A DNA stretch of 64,000 nucleotides from Octopus sinensis (GCF_006345805.1 NC_043001.1:108252001-108316000), one strand, 5' to 3'. Counted from the stretch's first letter, positions 13,006 through 25,436 are shown. Made by a program: numbers and translations. Notes: generated by a model from the sequence alone, not told the origin.

Positions 13006-13189
13006 CTGCAAGATAAGGGGCCACAATTATTATTTTAAAAAAACAACATTGGTCATGCAGAAGAACTGAACCCAAGACCGCATGGATGGGAAGCAAGCTT
13101 CTTAACCACACAGCCTAGATATAAACGTTGCAAAAAAAAATAGAAAATAAACAAAAATGGATGTAAATATATTGAATTTTCCTTCATAC

Positions 13190-13383
13190 CTTTAATATGT
13201 GAGTTTTAAGTTGCAGTGCAGTTACGGGTGCTGTGTGCATGAGTCCTAAAAGAGTGCCCATGTCATCATCACCTCCAGGAGACAGAACCAGCTGCTGGAC
13301 AATGTTAAGGGCTTGGTGCTGGCAATCAACATAAGGCACCATATTATGAGCACATCGTGCTCCTCCACACTCATGGAACACAC
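13190..13383 (-). CDS. WDFY3: WDFY3 coding exon (SVFHECGGARCAHN...DDDMGTLLGLMH...LKTHILK), 194 nt
   Basis: ACAG acceptor, GTATG donor; phase 1 in, phase 0 out. Confidence 0.93.
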
Positions 13384-13735
13384 CTGTTTAAAAAGAAAAA
13401 AAAATGGGAAATCAAGGTTATCAAGGGATGTTGGGGAGGGACAAACACAGACACACACATATACACATATATACAAGGGATTTTTTTTTTCCTTCTACCA
13501 AATCTACTCATAAGGCTTTGGTCGGCCTGAGATTATAGTAGAAGACACTTGCTTGAGGTGCCACGCAGTGGGACTGAACACGGAACCATGTGGTTGGTAA
13601 GCAAGATAATTACCACACAGTCTCTCCTATGCCTTTAAAGAAATTTAAAGGGGAAAAAAATACCATATCCAATGAATATGGTATTAGAAATAAATCATCG
13701 ATTCAACTTTCAGCCACCAAACAAGAAATACTTAC

Positions 13736-13828
13736 TGGCATTGGCACTGTTTCCATTCAGCAGATTTGCCAGGGCTTCCATGACATAGAATCCCAAAGTC
13801 ATCTGCTCTTCTGATATTTTGAAATGTT
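13736..13828 (-). CDS. WDFY3: WDFY3 coding exon (EHFKISEEQMTLGFYVMEALANLLNGNSANA), 93 nt
   Basis: Hand translation; TTACAG acceptor, GTAAGT donor; phase 1 in and out. Confidence 0.88.
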
Positions 13829-15301
13829 CTGTAAAAGATAACAAAAAAATAGCTTTAATCCTTTAAAAACTCATCCTCCATAAAACACCAGTCTTGACAT
13901 GTTTCTAACAAGAACATTGCCATGGCATTACATTATTTCTATTATTGAATTAACAGTATATTAAAACGGCTTCATACCATTCTTATAATGCTCAGCTTTC
14001 AGCCGGAAAAGAATCCCTTTATAGATGTATTGCGTTAAAAAATATACTTCAGAGCCAGGTGTAACAAAGTCACCCCAAAAGTGATTCCAAGACTTGCATC
14101 CTTCAAACCAATGTATAATTTACACTCTGTGTTTATACAGTTCAGATTGGCCAATTTGACTTTCTTTCAGAAGTGACATGGGCATGTGACATTGACAAGC
14201 AACAACAATGTGATATGTCGCTCTCGCAGTCACTTCCAAGGTGATTTCATATTGCCCAGCTGTGGAGTATATTGTGGCATTTTAACAGAATGTATCTATA
14301 AAGGCAGTTTTACCAGGATGAAAAACTGCAGGTTTTGATTTTTCAAAAATACACATTTATTAACCCTTCTGTTACCATATTTCTGTTGAGATGTTCTGTG
14401 TTTCTTTCAATTATTTCTAAATATAACAAAGAATGGCTGAGTTTGTCAATAGCTTGTAATAATGGGATGAAATTTATGAATGAATGGCATTTTAATTATT
14501 TGCTGATGAGAAGCTGATAATAGGATACTACTAAAAATGTATCTTTTATCTCTTTACAGTTAAGGGACAGCACCCATGATGGGGAACCACTTAGAAAAAA
14601 TTTTTAGTTGAACAAATTGACTGCAGTACTAAGTCTTTAAAGCCTGATATATATTTTCCGTCTCCCACTGGCTCCCCTGCTGGTGGCATGCAATAAGCAC
14701 CATTCATTCATGCGTGGGTCACTGCCAGTGTCACTTGACTGGCTTCCCATGCCGGTGGCACATAAAAAGCACCATTTGAACGTGGTCAATACCAGCCCTC
14801 CTTCCCTGCTCTGATTGGCACTTGTGCTGGTGGCACATAAAAAGCACTATCCAAATGTGGCCAATGCCAGTACCTCCTGACTGGCTCCTGTGCCAATGGC
14901 ACATAAAAAGCACCCACTACACTTTTGGAGTGGTTGGTGTTAGGAAGGGTATCCAACTGTAGAAACATTGCCAGATCAGATTGAGCCTGGTGCCGAAACA
15001 TTGTGTTAACAACAAACAAGATGAGGACAAATATCCATCACATGTAAACAATGTACTCAATTCTCTTAAAAATAGAACTGTATTAAAAAAAGGTCTTCGA
15101 AGCCCACAAACTTACCATGTTCAAATAAAAAAGACAAATTGAATCTATATAATCCTAGATATTCAAAAACCAACAGAAGTTTGGGATACTCACATCTTGC
15201 ACATCAATGATTGCAAAAGCACACAAAAGGAGCTAGCCTTTGGCTTAAACAACAACATCAATATAAATATAATGATAAATAATAGAAGAAACAGTAATTA
15301 C

Positions 15302-15462
15302 CAACTCCATTCTGAGGATCTTTCAGAAGAGCAGCATACCGATGTAGACATGTAACCATGACTTCCAACATACCAACTTCCCGAAACACATCTTTGTAGA
15401 CAGTGTGGTAGCGTAATATCTTCAGCAAACTTTTCATGCAGATAATACTGCATTCAATGGAA
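15302..15462 (-). CDS. WDFY3: WDFY3 coding exon (SIECSIICMKSLLK...KDVFREVGMLEVMV...ALLKDPQNGV), 161 nt
   Basis: CGCAG acceptor, GTAAT donor; phase 2 in, phase 1 out. Confidence 0.92.
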
Positions 15463-15508
15463 CTGCGAGAAGAACAGTACAGCAATAAATACATATGCAC
15501 ATATAGAC

Positions 15509-15563
<55 letters not shown>

Positions 15564-15765
15564 GAGTGTATTTTTACCTTGTTAACAATTAACATGGAAA
15601 AATTCATAAATAGTTACCAGGGCAGCAAAAATCTCACAAGTAAAGGTGTTGTAACTCCTTGTTTATAAACGTAGAAACTTCGTGTTTACGTTGAATATTT
15701 TGAATAATATGAATAAAAAATGGAGTTAACGCTAAAATGTCTTATTGACGAGTTTCGTTTTTTTC

Positions 15766-15851
15766 ACTTTCCTGAGGAGAAGATTGCATTGATTATACCA
15801 TTTATTCTTTTGAATAGTATCAGTGGAATTTTCGAAACATGTGTCGAAAGT
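15766..15851 (+). ncRNA. Type I hammerhead ribozyme motif, apparently intact
   Basis: Stem I ACUUUC/GAAAGU; core CUGAGGA at 15772-15778; long stem II GAAGAUUGCAUUGAU/AUCAGUGGAAUUUUC; then GAAAC-AUGU-GUC, predicting cleavage after 15845. Confidence 0.8.
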
Positions 15852-15890
15852 AAAAATATTTGATTACACCTGCGTTAACTCCATTTTTTA

Positions 15891-15926
<36 letters not shown>

Positions 15927-16468
15927 TAGATAGAGAGAGACATAAATGCATATATATATTTATATATATATATATATATACACATACATGCATACACACA
16001 GATACATATAAATATATACACACATATATGCACATTAATATATATATAGTTTGTAGAAAACAAATCTGGAGAGGAAGCATACTCTAAGATGTAAGAGCAG
16101 TGTATATTTTAATGAGGAAGGCCGGTTTATGGAATTACCCTGGGTTTCCCGTCCATAAAGGTTTTAGCTTTATAGCATATCGTCTGACCCCAAAACCTGT
16201 TGGTTCAAAATTTGGAGAGGGAGGCTTTTTTCCCTCCATATTTTGAAGAGGTCTCCAGCTAACAGGTTTTGGGGTCTGATGATACGCTATAAAGCTAAAC
16301 CCTTAATGGATTGAAAGCCAGGGTAAACACCCATAAACCGGCCTTCCCCATTGAAATATATATATATAGATAGATAATTGTTAAAGAGGACAACAAACAT
16401 TAAGACAAGACAAACATCTCAAGTCATATACAATATTATCATTGGAAAAAGTTCAAAGTTTATCTTTA

Positions 16469-16502
<34 letters not shown>

Positions 16503-16547
16503 CACACACACATACACACACACATATATATATGCACACATACACAC

Positions 16548-16582
<35 letters not shown>

Positions 16583-16761
16583 TATATATATACACACACG
16601 TATGTGTGTTTGCATGTAAGCATGCATACACACACAAACACAGAGAGTTATACGAGAAACAACAAAACATAAAACCCAAATTAATCACCAGGATGTAAGT
16701 AGTTCAGAATAATTAGTAATTAGTAGATGGTAATAATCCAAACTAAGGTACTTATACTTAC

Positions 16762-16859
16762 TGTTGAGTTTTGATGAGTATGCTCAGACTGATGAGCTCT
16801 TTACAGGGCACAAAGTTCAAATTAAACACGATGAATTCTAACAATTCAAAGAATTTTTG
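16762..16859 (-). CDS. WDFY3: WDFY3 coding exon (QKFFELLEFIVFNLNFVPCKELISLSILIKTQ), 98 nt
   Basis: Hand translation; TTTGCAG acceptor, GTAAGT donor; phase 0 in, phase 2 out. Confidence 0.92.
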
Positions 16860-17361
16860 CTGCAAAGAAAAAAAATTAATAAATAAAAATAAATGAGTAA
16901 ACAAACATGAGAAAAATATATTTCTTCAGGTTTTGGCAATTTTCAACATTTCATTCATTAATTTTATTGTTTTTTTTTTTCATCTATTTTTATTTCAATA
17001 AAAGAGGTTGGTGGTGGTGGTGGGAGAGGTGGCAGTTCCAAGTGATTATTAGAGGTCCTTCTATGATTACTGGAACTGATAGGGTGGGGGGTGAATACCC
17101 TATCTGAACATCTGAAGACCAATGACTGCTGGGAGGGAAGAAAAAAATAAAAACATGGTTTGGGTGGTGCACGAGGATGGTGGTGGGGGCAAGATCTGAA
17201 ACGGAATGTCAGCAACAATAAAACAAACTCTTGTTAAAAGCAACCCAGATCTAGGTAGCAGAGTTAAACTGAGGCAGATGTTAAGCTTGACAACATAAAT
17301 ATTTAATATATTCACAGAGGAAACAATGATCTAGGTCAGATCAAAGTATATTAATCCTAGA

Positions 17362-17569
17362 TTATCATATTATTATTACTATTATTATTATTATCATTAT
17401 TACTATTATTATTACTATTATTATTATCATCATCATTATTATTATTATTATTATTACTATTATTATTATTATTACTATTATTACTATTATTATTATTATT
17501 ACTATTATTATTATTACTATTACTATTACTATTATTATTATTATTACTATTATTATTATTATTATCATC

Positions 17570-17603
<34 letters not shown>
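17362..17603. repeat. (ATT)n/(ACT) trinucleotide microsatellite
   Basis: Directly visible. Confidence 0.95.
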
Positions 17604-20094
17604 GCTGATGTTGTTCGTCAATATGAGATTCTGTAGAGAGTTCACTGTGTTGGTTTGCTAACAGAAGTAAATGGGATGCTTGCCATTCATCTAAGAGAGA
17701 TAATACACACACACAAATTTTTATCATCATCATTGTTTAACGTCCGCTTTCCATGCCGGCATGGGTTGAACAGTTTGACTGGAGACTGGCAAGCCGGGAG
17801 GCCGCACCAGGCTCCAACCTAATCTGGCAATATTTCTATGGCTGGATGCCTTTCCTAACGCCAACCACGCTGAGAGTGTAGTGGGTGCTTTTTATGGGCC
17901 ACCAGCACAGGGGCCAGTCAGTGAAATCTTAGTCGTGGCAGATACTGGTGTCACACAAATGGCACCCATGCAGGTGGCATATAAAAGCATCCATTACACT
18001 CTCAGAGTGATTGGTGTTAGGAAGAGCATCTAGCCACAGAAAACCATTCCAAATCAGACTGGGATCTGGTGTAGCCTTTCAGCTTACCAGCCCTGGTCAA
18101 ACCATGCAACCCATGCCAGCATGGACAATGGACGTTAATGATGATGATATATATAAGTGCTATCACCTTAGTTATAACACAGAAAATGAAAAGAGCAAAT
18201 GTCCGAAATGTTAGACAAATTCACTCCATACAATAAATCACCTCATTGAACATGTCTATGAATTTTCATGATAATTAATTTTTGCCAACATATCACCAAT
18301 TTCCTTGGTTTCTATGTTTTAATCCTTTTTCTTATTGTTGTTGGTTTGCCAAATTAACAGGTGTGTGTGTGTGTGCATGTACAGGTATGTGTATATGTAT
18401 AGCTACATATGGGAAAGATGTTGAATAGTAAAAATTATTTTCTCTAATAGTTTAACAATTATCAAGATTTTCAAAACCTATTGCAGTTACTGAAGCAGAA
18501 ATTAGGAGTGTACACACATAAACACAATTTACACACAGACACTGCACACATATACACACACATACATCATACGCATCCCCCAACACATACACACTCTACA
18601 CAACTTACATCATATACACGTACACACATATCACAACTTACACCATTTCTCCACACTCACACACAGATACAATACACAAAAACTATGCACACACATCATG
18701 CAGGATGTATCATACACACACACACACACACACACCTCAGATGGAAAATATGTCCGCATACATCCCATAAAACTCACGCACAAACATTACTAAATATTTA
18801 CACACATACACAGACACACATTTTTTAAATAAATAGGTTTTATCATTTATATCTTCCGTGTTGTCCTCACATTCTGTTGTGTATGCGTGCGTGCGTGCGT
18901 GCGTGTGTGTGTGAGAGTGTGTGTGCACGTGCACACACAAGGCAGACAGCAAAAGAATGTGTATATGTGTGGCAGACAGCAAATGTTTATTTGTTAATTT
19001 TCAAAGAAAATCATCATCATCATCATTTAACATCCGCTTTCCATGCGAGCATGGGTTGGATGATTTGACTGAGGGTTCCTTTAAGGGTCAGGGGTCGATA
19101 AATAAGTACCAGTTAAGTATTGGGATGGGGGGGTCAATGAAATCGATTTTCCTACCTCCCCCCAAACTGTTGGCTTTGTACTGAAATTTTAAATCAATGT
19201 CATTCTAGACACACTATCATCATCATCATACTCTAGGCACAAGGCCCAAATTTCTGGAGAGGGGGCCAGTTGATTAGATCGACCCTAGTACACAACTGGT
19301 ACTTAAATTATCAACCTCATAAGGATGGAAGGCAAAGTCGACCTCAGCGGAATTTGAACTCAGAACGCAAAAACAGATGAAATACTTATTTCTTTACTAC
19401 CCACAAGGGGCTAAACACAGAGGGAACAAACAAGGACAGACAAATGGATTAAGTCAATTATATCGACCCCAGTGTGTAACTGGTACTTATTTAATCGACC
19501 CCCCAAAAGGATGAAAGGTAAAGTTGACCTCAGCGGAATTTGAACTCAGAATGTAGCGGCAGACAAAATACTGCTAAACATTTCGCTTGGTGTGCTAACG
19601 ATTCTGCCAGCTCACCACCTTACTATATATCTCAACAATGACAGGATAGCCACAACTAGAACGTCTTTGGTTATAGATCTGCTTCATCAGGACTGACCCA
19701 GCATGAAGCAATCAACAACATTATGATTACTTTACAAATGTCAGCAGCAGCTACTTCGTTCATTTTCACGCTAATTAGATTGAACAAATATTTTGTTTTC
19801 ACACAATGATTTATTTTTTCTTTGTTATTAAGTTTTTAACATGTTTGTCATCCTCCATGCAGTCTTCCTATTGTTAACCATGCAATGAAACTACTGAGCG
19901 CTGGAGAACTTGCTGAGGCCGGAGAGTAATTAGGTCAGTATGTTTGATCTTTTGAATGGCAGGCAAAAATATTAATTTACTTGAGAGAGGAAATACAAGT
20001 GGACTGTGAAAACAGCCAAGCATTAAAGACATCTATCTTATTTTCCAGCACATGAGTCAAATTTTTCAGACAAAAATTTATAGCAAGAAAATGG

Positions 20095-20482
20095 TCTCTC
20101 TCTCTCTCTCTCTTATCCGCTCAGTCGAAGTCGACTCTCGGTTACTCGATAGATCAGTGTTCTCCAGCCAGTTCTATCCTGGGTCGCTTCTTTCAGATTG
20201 GCTATGGCCATTCCCATGTCACTCTTAATGGTGTCAAGCCAGCGGGTTCTTGGTCGGCCTCTTCCTTTCTTGCCACTGACCATTCCGAGCATGATGTCCT
20301 TCAGGGATTTTCTCCACATAATATGACCAAAATATGCCAATCTATGCTTGGTAATTCTAGCTTCCAGCGACAGTTTCGGCTTGATCTGGTTAAGAACTTC
20401 TCCATTGGTAAGCCTCGCTATCCATGGAATCCGTAAAAGTCTTCTCCAACACCAAAGCTCGAATGCTTTAATTCTCTTCTGG
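20095..20482 (-). mobile_element. 5'-truncated RTE (BovB-like) LINE 3' end
   Basis: Translation AFELWCWRRLLRIPW...YFGHI...GRGRPRTRWLD...W...I.RVT.SR.RL, followed by a (GA)n tail. Confidence 0.9.
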
Positions 20483-21070
20483 TAGGGCAACTTATATACC
20501 AAAACAACTTTGGAGGAACAAAAATTTCGTGTGTAAAGCAGTGGAATCAGAAAAGATAGTGATGTTGTTTTAACGCTACAGTATATGCTTACGCTATATA
20601 TAGGCATGGTTGTGTGGTAAAAAGTTTGTTTCTCAACCATATGGTTCTAGGTTCAGTCCCATTGTGTGGTACTCTGGACAAGTGTCTTCTATAATAGCCT
20701 AAGGCCAACCAAAGCCATGTGAATGGATTTGGTAGACAGAAACTCAAAGGAGCCTGTCATAACTGTGTGTACGTGTGTCCTACCATCACTTGACAACTGG
20801 TGATGTTGTTTCTATGTTCCTGTAACTTAGCAGTTCAGCGAAAGAGTCTGATAAAACGAATCCCAGGCTTTAACACTTCATTTTATGCTGGTGCAGTCCA
20901 CTCAGCTGTAAATGACTGGACCTGGGATAGACTGACATCCTATTCGGGTGAAATGTTGGCCTGCCCACCGAGCTGGCATTATTTCAAAGCTACAAGGTGA
21001 GGAAGCATATTATAACCAGTGGTGTATAAACACAACCAGTAGTCCAGTCAATAGTGATATATATATATAT

Positions 21071-21348
21071 CACGTGACCGACCAGTTCATAGATGTAGTT
21101 ACAATGTATTCGCATTGTTTTAGCCTTCAAATGACGCCACCCCGCTGGCTAAGCGAGCAGGCCAACAGAAGAAAGAGTGGGAGAAAGAGTGGTGAAATAG
21201 TACAGCAGGGATCACCACCCCCTGCTGGAGCCTCGTGGAGCTTTTAGGTGTTTTCGCTCAATAAACACTCACAACACCCGGTCCGGGAGTCGAAACCGTG
21301 ATCCTACGACCGCGAGATCGCTGCTCTAACCACTGGGCCATTGCGCCT

Positions 21349-21350
<2 letters not shown>
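21071..21350 (-). mobile_element. tRNA-derived SINE inserted in (TA)n
   Basis: Minus strand GGAGGCGCAATGGCCCAGTGGTTAGAGC...GGTTTCGACTCCC gives A and B boxes, followed by a non-tRNA body. Confidence 0.75.
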
Positions 21351-21393
<43 letters not shown>

Positions 21394-22247
21394 TCAATTA
21401 AATTAATATATATTAAATAAGGGTAGAAATGATATTAATCAATTAAAACCAGTGGCCTAGCATATTTTTAAAAAATCCGAAGAATAAAAATTTTTTTACA
21501 TACAAAATTTAGAGGACTGATGACTAAAAAAATGGACAGCCTATATGCTAGATATAGACGTCAAAATCGCCATTTTCCACATAGAATGTGTTCTCAAGAA
21601 AAAAATTCGGCAAAAACCCAAAGTGTAAAAATAAGCAAGACAAATGAAAATACACGAAATATTTGTCTTGCTTATTTGTCTTGAGAACACATTCTTCGTG
21701 GAAAATGATGATTTGACGTCTATATCTAGCATATAGGTTGTCCACTTTTAGTGGTCATTCCTCTAAATTTTGTACATATATATATATAGTGTATATGTAT
21801 ACACATATAGGTGCGTGCGTGTGTGTGTGTGTGTGCATGCGCTTGTTATTCACTCACTGGGTATGTAAGAAGGGACAGTACTCTCAGACTTCGTAGATTC
21901 TCTAAGATCAGTGAGGTTGGTGCCGACTATTCTCTGCTGAAACTGTTGCAAGTGAACATCAACAGAGAGATGTCACAGGGACAATATTTTGGAAGGGAAA
22001 CGCTGGGCGTAGATACAAACACGGGTGATGAGGGAGGGGAGAGATGAGTATGTCAGAGGTATTATAAGATTAACCAGCTCCAAGAAAGAAAGGTGATTAT
22101 ATACATTATTTACATTTGATGGATATTTGTCCTCATATTAAATCTTAGAGTGACACATCGTGACGTATATTGGCCATTTAAATATGGCTAACCCCTATTT
22201 GGGGCTACAAACTACAGTAGCATCCACCCTTAGGGGTTAGCCATATT

Positions 22248-22710
22248 TAAATGGCAAATATATATGTCCTCATATTGTTTGTTGTTAACACAACGTTTTG
22301 GCTGATATACCCTTCAGCCTTCATCAGGTGTCTTGGGGAAATTTCCAACCTGGGTTCTCATTCCTAAGGTATTTTTCGATGTTATTATCATTATTATTAT
22401 TATTATTATTATTAAGGTCACTGCTTGGAATTGAACTCGGAATCATGGGGGATAGTAGCCAGCGCTCTTAACCACTACACCATATGCCCGAGGTTAAGAG
22501 CACAGGCTACTAACCCCACGATTCTGAGTTCGATTCCAAGCAGTGACCTTAATAATAATAATAATAATAATAATAACATCGAAAAATACCTTAGGAATGA
22601 GAACCCAGGTTGGAAATTTCCCCAAGACACCTGATGAAGGCTGAAGGGTATATCAGCCAAAATGTTGTGTTAACAACAAACAATATGAGGACATATATAT
22701 TTGCCATTTA
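22248..22710. mobile_element. Second head-to-head palindromic pair of the tRNA-headed hammerhead element
   Basis: Inverted arms meet at spacer 22474-22491; hammerhead motifs at 22287-22332 (-) and 22626-22671 (+). Confidence 0.8.
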
Positions 22711-24084
22711 TTTTGTAAAACCATTAAATGTTGGCTGCATAGAAAAATTCCACTGCTTTCAAAATGATTTAAAAGACATAATATTTGTGGTTTCCATTTA
22801 CCAGGGAGTTAAAAGTTTATAGCTTCAGTAACAATGCCAAGCCATTCACATGATAACAAAATAGTTGTCTTCAAATTGGTAATTCTGCTGATGCTATTCC
22901 TCTACAGCTGATATTATCTCTTACTTTCTCAACTAAAATCCAATTTATGTTGTCTGGATTATAGATTAACCAATGAGGCAGAAAACAACTTCAAAAGTGA
23001 ATAATATATTTTTGTTAACAAAAGACAAAATGGATGTAAGTTGTAAAATTTTTTTTTTGTAAGTTTTTAGCTTAGTCTTAATTTTGAGTTTCTTTTTAAT
23101 TCGTAGCAGCTAATGTGCACATGAGAAGAGATTCCAGCTGATCTCAGAGATAGCGCCATTGTTACAATCTGAATGGAGACAAATTAGATTGTGGCACTTA
23201 CAAAGGAATTTCATGCTTATCTGTTATTGGAAAAGTTCTGTCTAGAATCTAGTTCAACCAACCCAACATACCTATATTTTTACTAACCACAAGGGGCTAA
23301 ACACAGAGGAGACAAACAAGGACAGACAAACGGATTAAGTCGATTACATCGACCCCAGTGCGTAACTGGTACTTAATTTATCGACCCCGAAAGGATGAAA
23401 GGCAAAGTCGACCTCAGCGGAATTTGAACTCAGAACGAAACAGCAGACGAAATACTGCTAAGCATTTCACCTGGCGTGCTAACAATTCTGCCAGCTCGCC
23501 GCCTTCAACCAACCCAACATACCATTAGAGACACACCATCATTGTCATCATCATTTATCCTGTTATCTTACAGAACAGTTAGCATGACTTCAATAGAAGA
23601 CTTACAGAACAAACAAACAGTTACCAACACTTTTACCGATGCTTATGTAAGCTGCCCCACCCTACCCCCAATAAGTAGGGACCCAGTCCAATCACTCAAA
23701 TACATGGAGAGATGGTGCAAAATATAGAGTTGCTTTACATATCTGGATAACTCAACTATTACAGAATGTTGACCCGATGATGAAATCCAGCAATGACGTC
23801 TTCATCTTCCTCTTCTTCCCTTCTTCATCTTCTTCTTCTTCGTCTTCTCATTTTTCATCATCTTCTTCTTCTTCTTCGTCTACTCATTTTTTATCATCAC
23901 CTTCTTCTTCTTCTACTTCTCCTCCTCCTCCTCCTCCAAAGAGACCAGACATGACTGGTCAGTTACCAAACTTGTCAACCAAATACGTAAATGCTGCAGA
24001 GGTCATCACAACCACATGCAGACACACAGAACTTAAATCTGGTGGACAATCGTCTTTGAACCAAACAGATTGCCTACAGTCATA

Positions 24085-24660
24085 GCATCATCATAATCAT
24101 GATCATAATAACCACTAGTGACAGTGGCAGTGATAGTAGTGCAGCTGCTGCTGCTGGTGTCTTCAGTATTGTAATTATGAGGATCATTGTCATCATCATC
24201 ATCATCATCACTTTATTTCATAGCTAATCATGCTCATGATAATCGAAATTATCATCACAATTGTCATCGTCATCACTGTGGTGTTACACTGATCAATAGC
24301 TGCTTCTATCATGAACACTGGCACCATTATTACCATTGTCAATATTATCGCATCACCATAATTAATCTTATTAGCATCATAGCAATTATCATCACCATCA
24401 TCATCATCAACACCATCATCATCATCATCATTCTGCTTGTCTTTAGTATCACCATCAACCTTAGCATCACCACCACCCCCATCATCATTATCAACAAGAT
24501 TCTTGTTACCATGAATATCAGAACTGCCATCACCATCACTACCAACAAAATTCTAATCATCATCATCGCTAAGGACAACATCATTCTTGTTATCATCAGT
24601 ATCTTCATCAGTGGCTCTAATGCCATCACAACCATCATCATTTATCACTGCCATCATCAG
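24085..24660. repeat. Degenerate (ATC)n low-complexity tract
   Basis: Directly visible; the source of the poly-I/M/S ORFs. Confidence 0.9.
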
Positions 24661-25289
24661 AACCGTCCTTCTTTTTAATTACCATTTTCCCAGTTATTCT
24701 TTGTGTTTTGGTATTAGACAAGCCCCATACACTGGGCTGCAGACAAACTGATGAACCAGTTGATTACACACAAGTCTCATTTCGTGTTCAAGAGAAAAAT
24801 AACGAGCAAATCTCCATCAAAGAACAGCTTAATTCTTTAAAAACGAAATGTACGTTAGATTGTGAGATTCTTGTTAGACAATAAGTTAGGATGGTTATGT
24901 CTTTGATCACAGGATTCTAACAACAGCAACAACAGCTCGTAGTCTTAATCATTCTCTTTACAGCTTTTCTACTGAATTATTAATGGTATCTCTCAGCTTG
25001 GAATCATGCAGTGGTATTCTTTTCTACAGGTAAAGGTGAGTAAAGAGGAGAATCAACTGAAGGAGCTCTCAGTCTTAAAATCAAAACTAGTTTTGATTTT
25101 AAGAGTCCTAAATAGCGTGAGGCATTTACATGTAGTAATGCCCTTAATATAAAAGATACACACACATACACCAGCCCTAAATGTGAAGGATCTTCCTACA
25201 TTCTTTCATTTCTCTCATTACACATGCCAGACAGTATTGATGCTAAGAAGAAAAGCAATCACATTTGCTCAGCGTTCAAATATACTGAC

Positions 25290-25436
25290 CTGTATATCTG
25301 GAGGTTTCAAGTGAATTTTTTCAGCAAACTGAGACAGAGTATGCTGTGACTCAAGGATGAAATAATTGGCATTGTCCTGGTGATAGATGCTGTTGATGAC
25401 ATCAAGGATATTACTACAGAGGTGAACTGAGGTGGC
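25290..25436 (-). CDS. WDFY3: WDFY3 coding exon (ATSVHLCSNILDVINSIYHQDNANYFILESQHTLSQFAEKIHLKPPDIQ), 147 nt
   Basis: Hand translation; TTTCAG acceptor, GTCAGT donor; phase 0 in and out. Confidence 0.92.

Noticed and set aside
16276-16320. CTGATGA...GAAA inside the long hairpin (similar CTGANGA hits near 4033 and 21517)
   Set aside because: No stem II or stem I complementarity in the required register.
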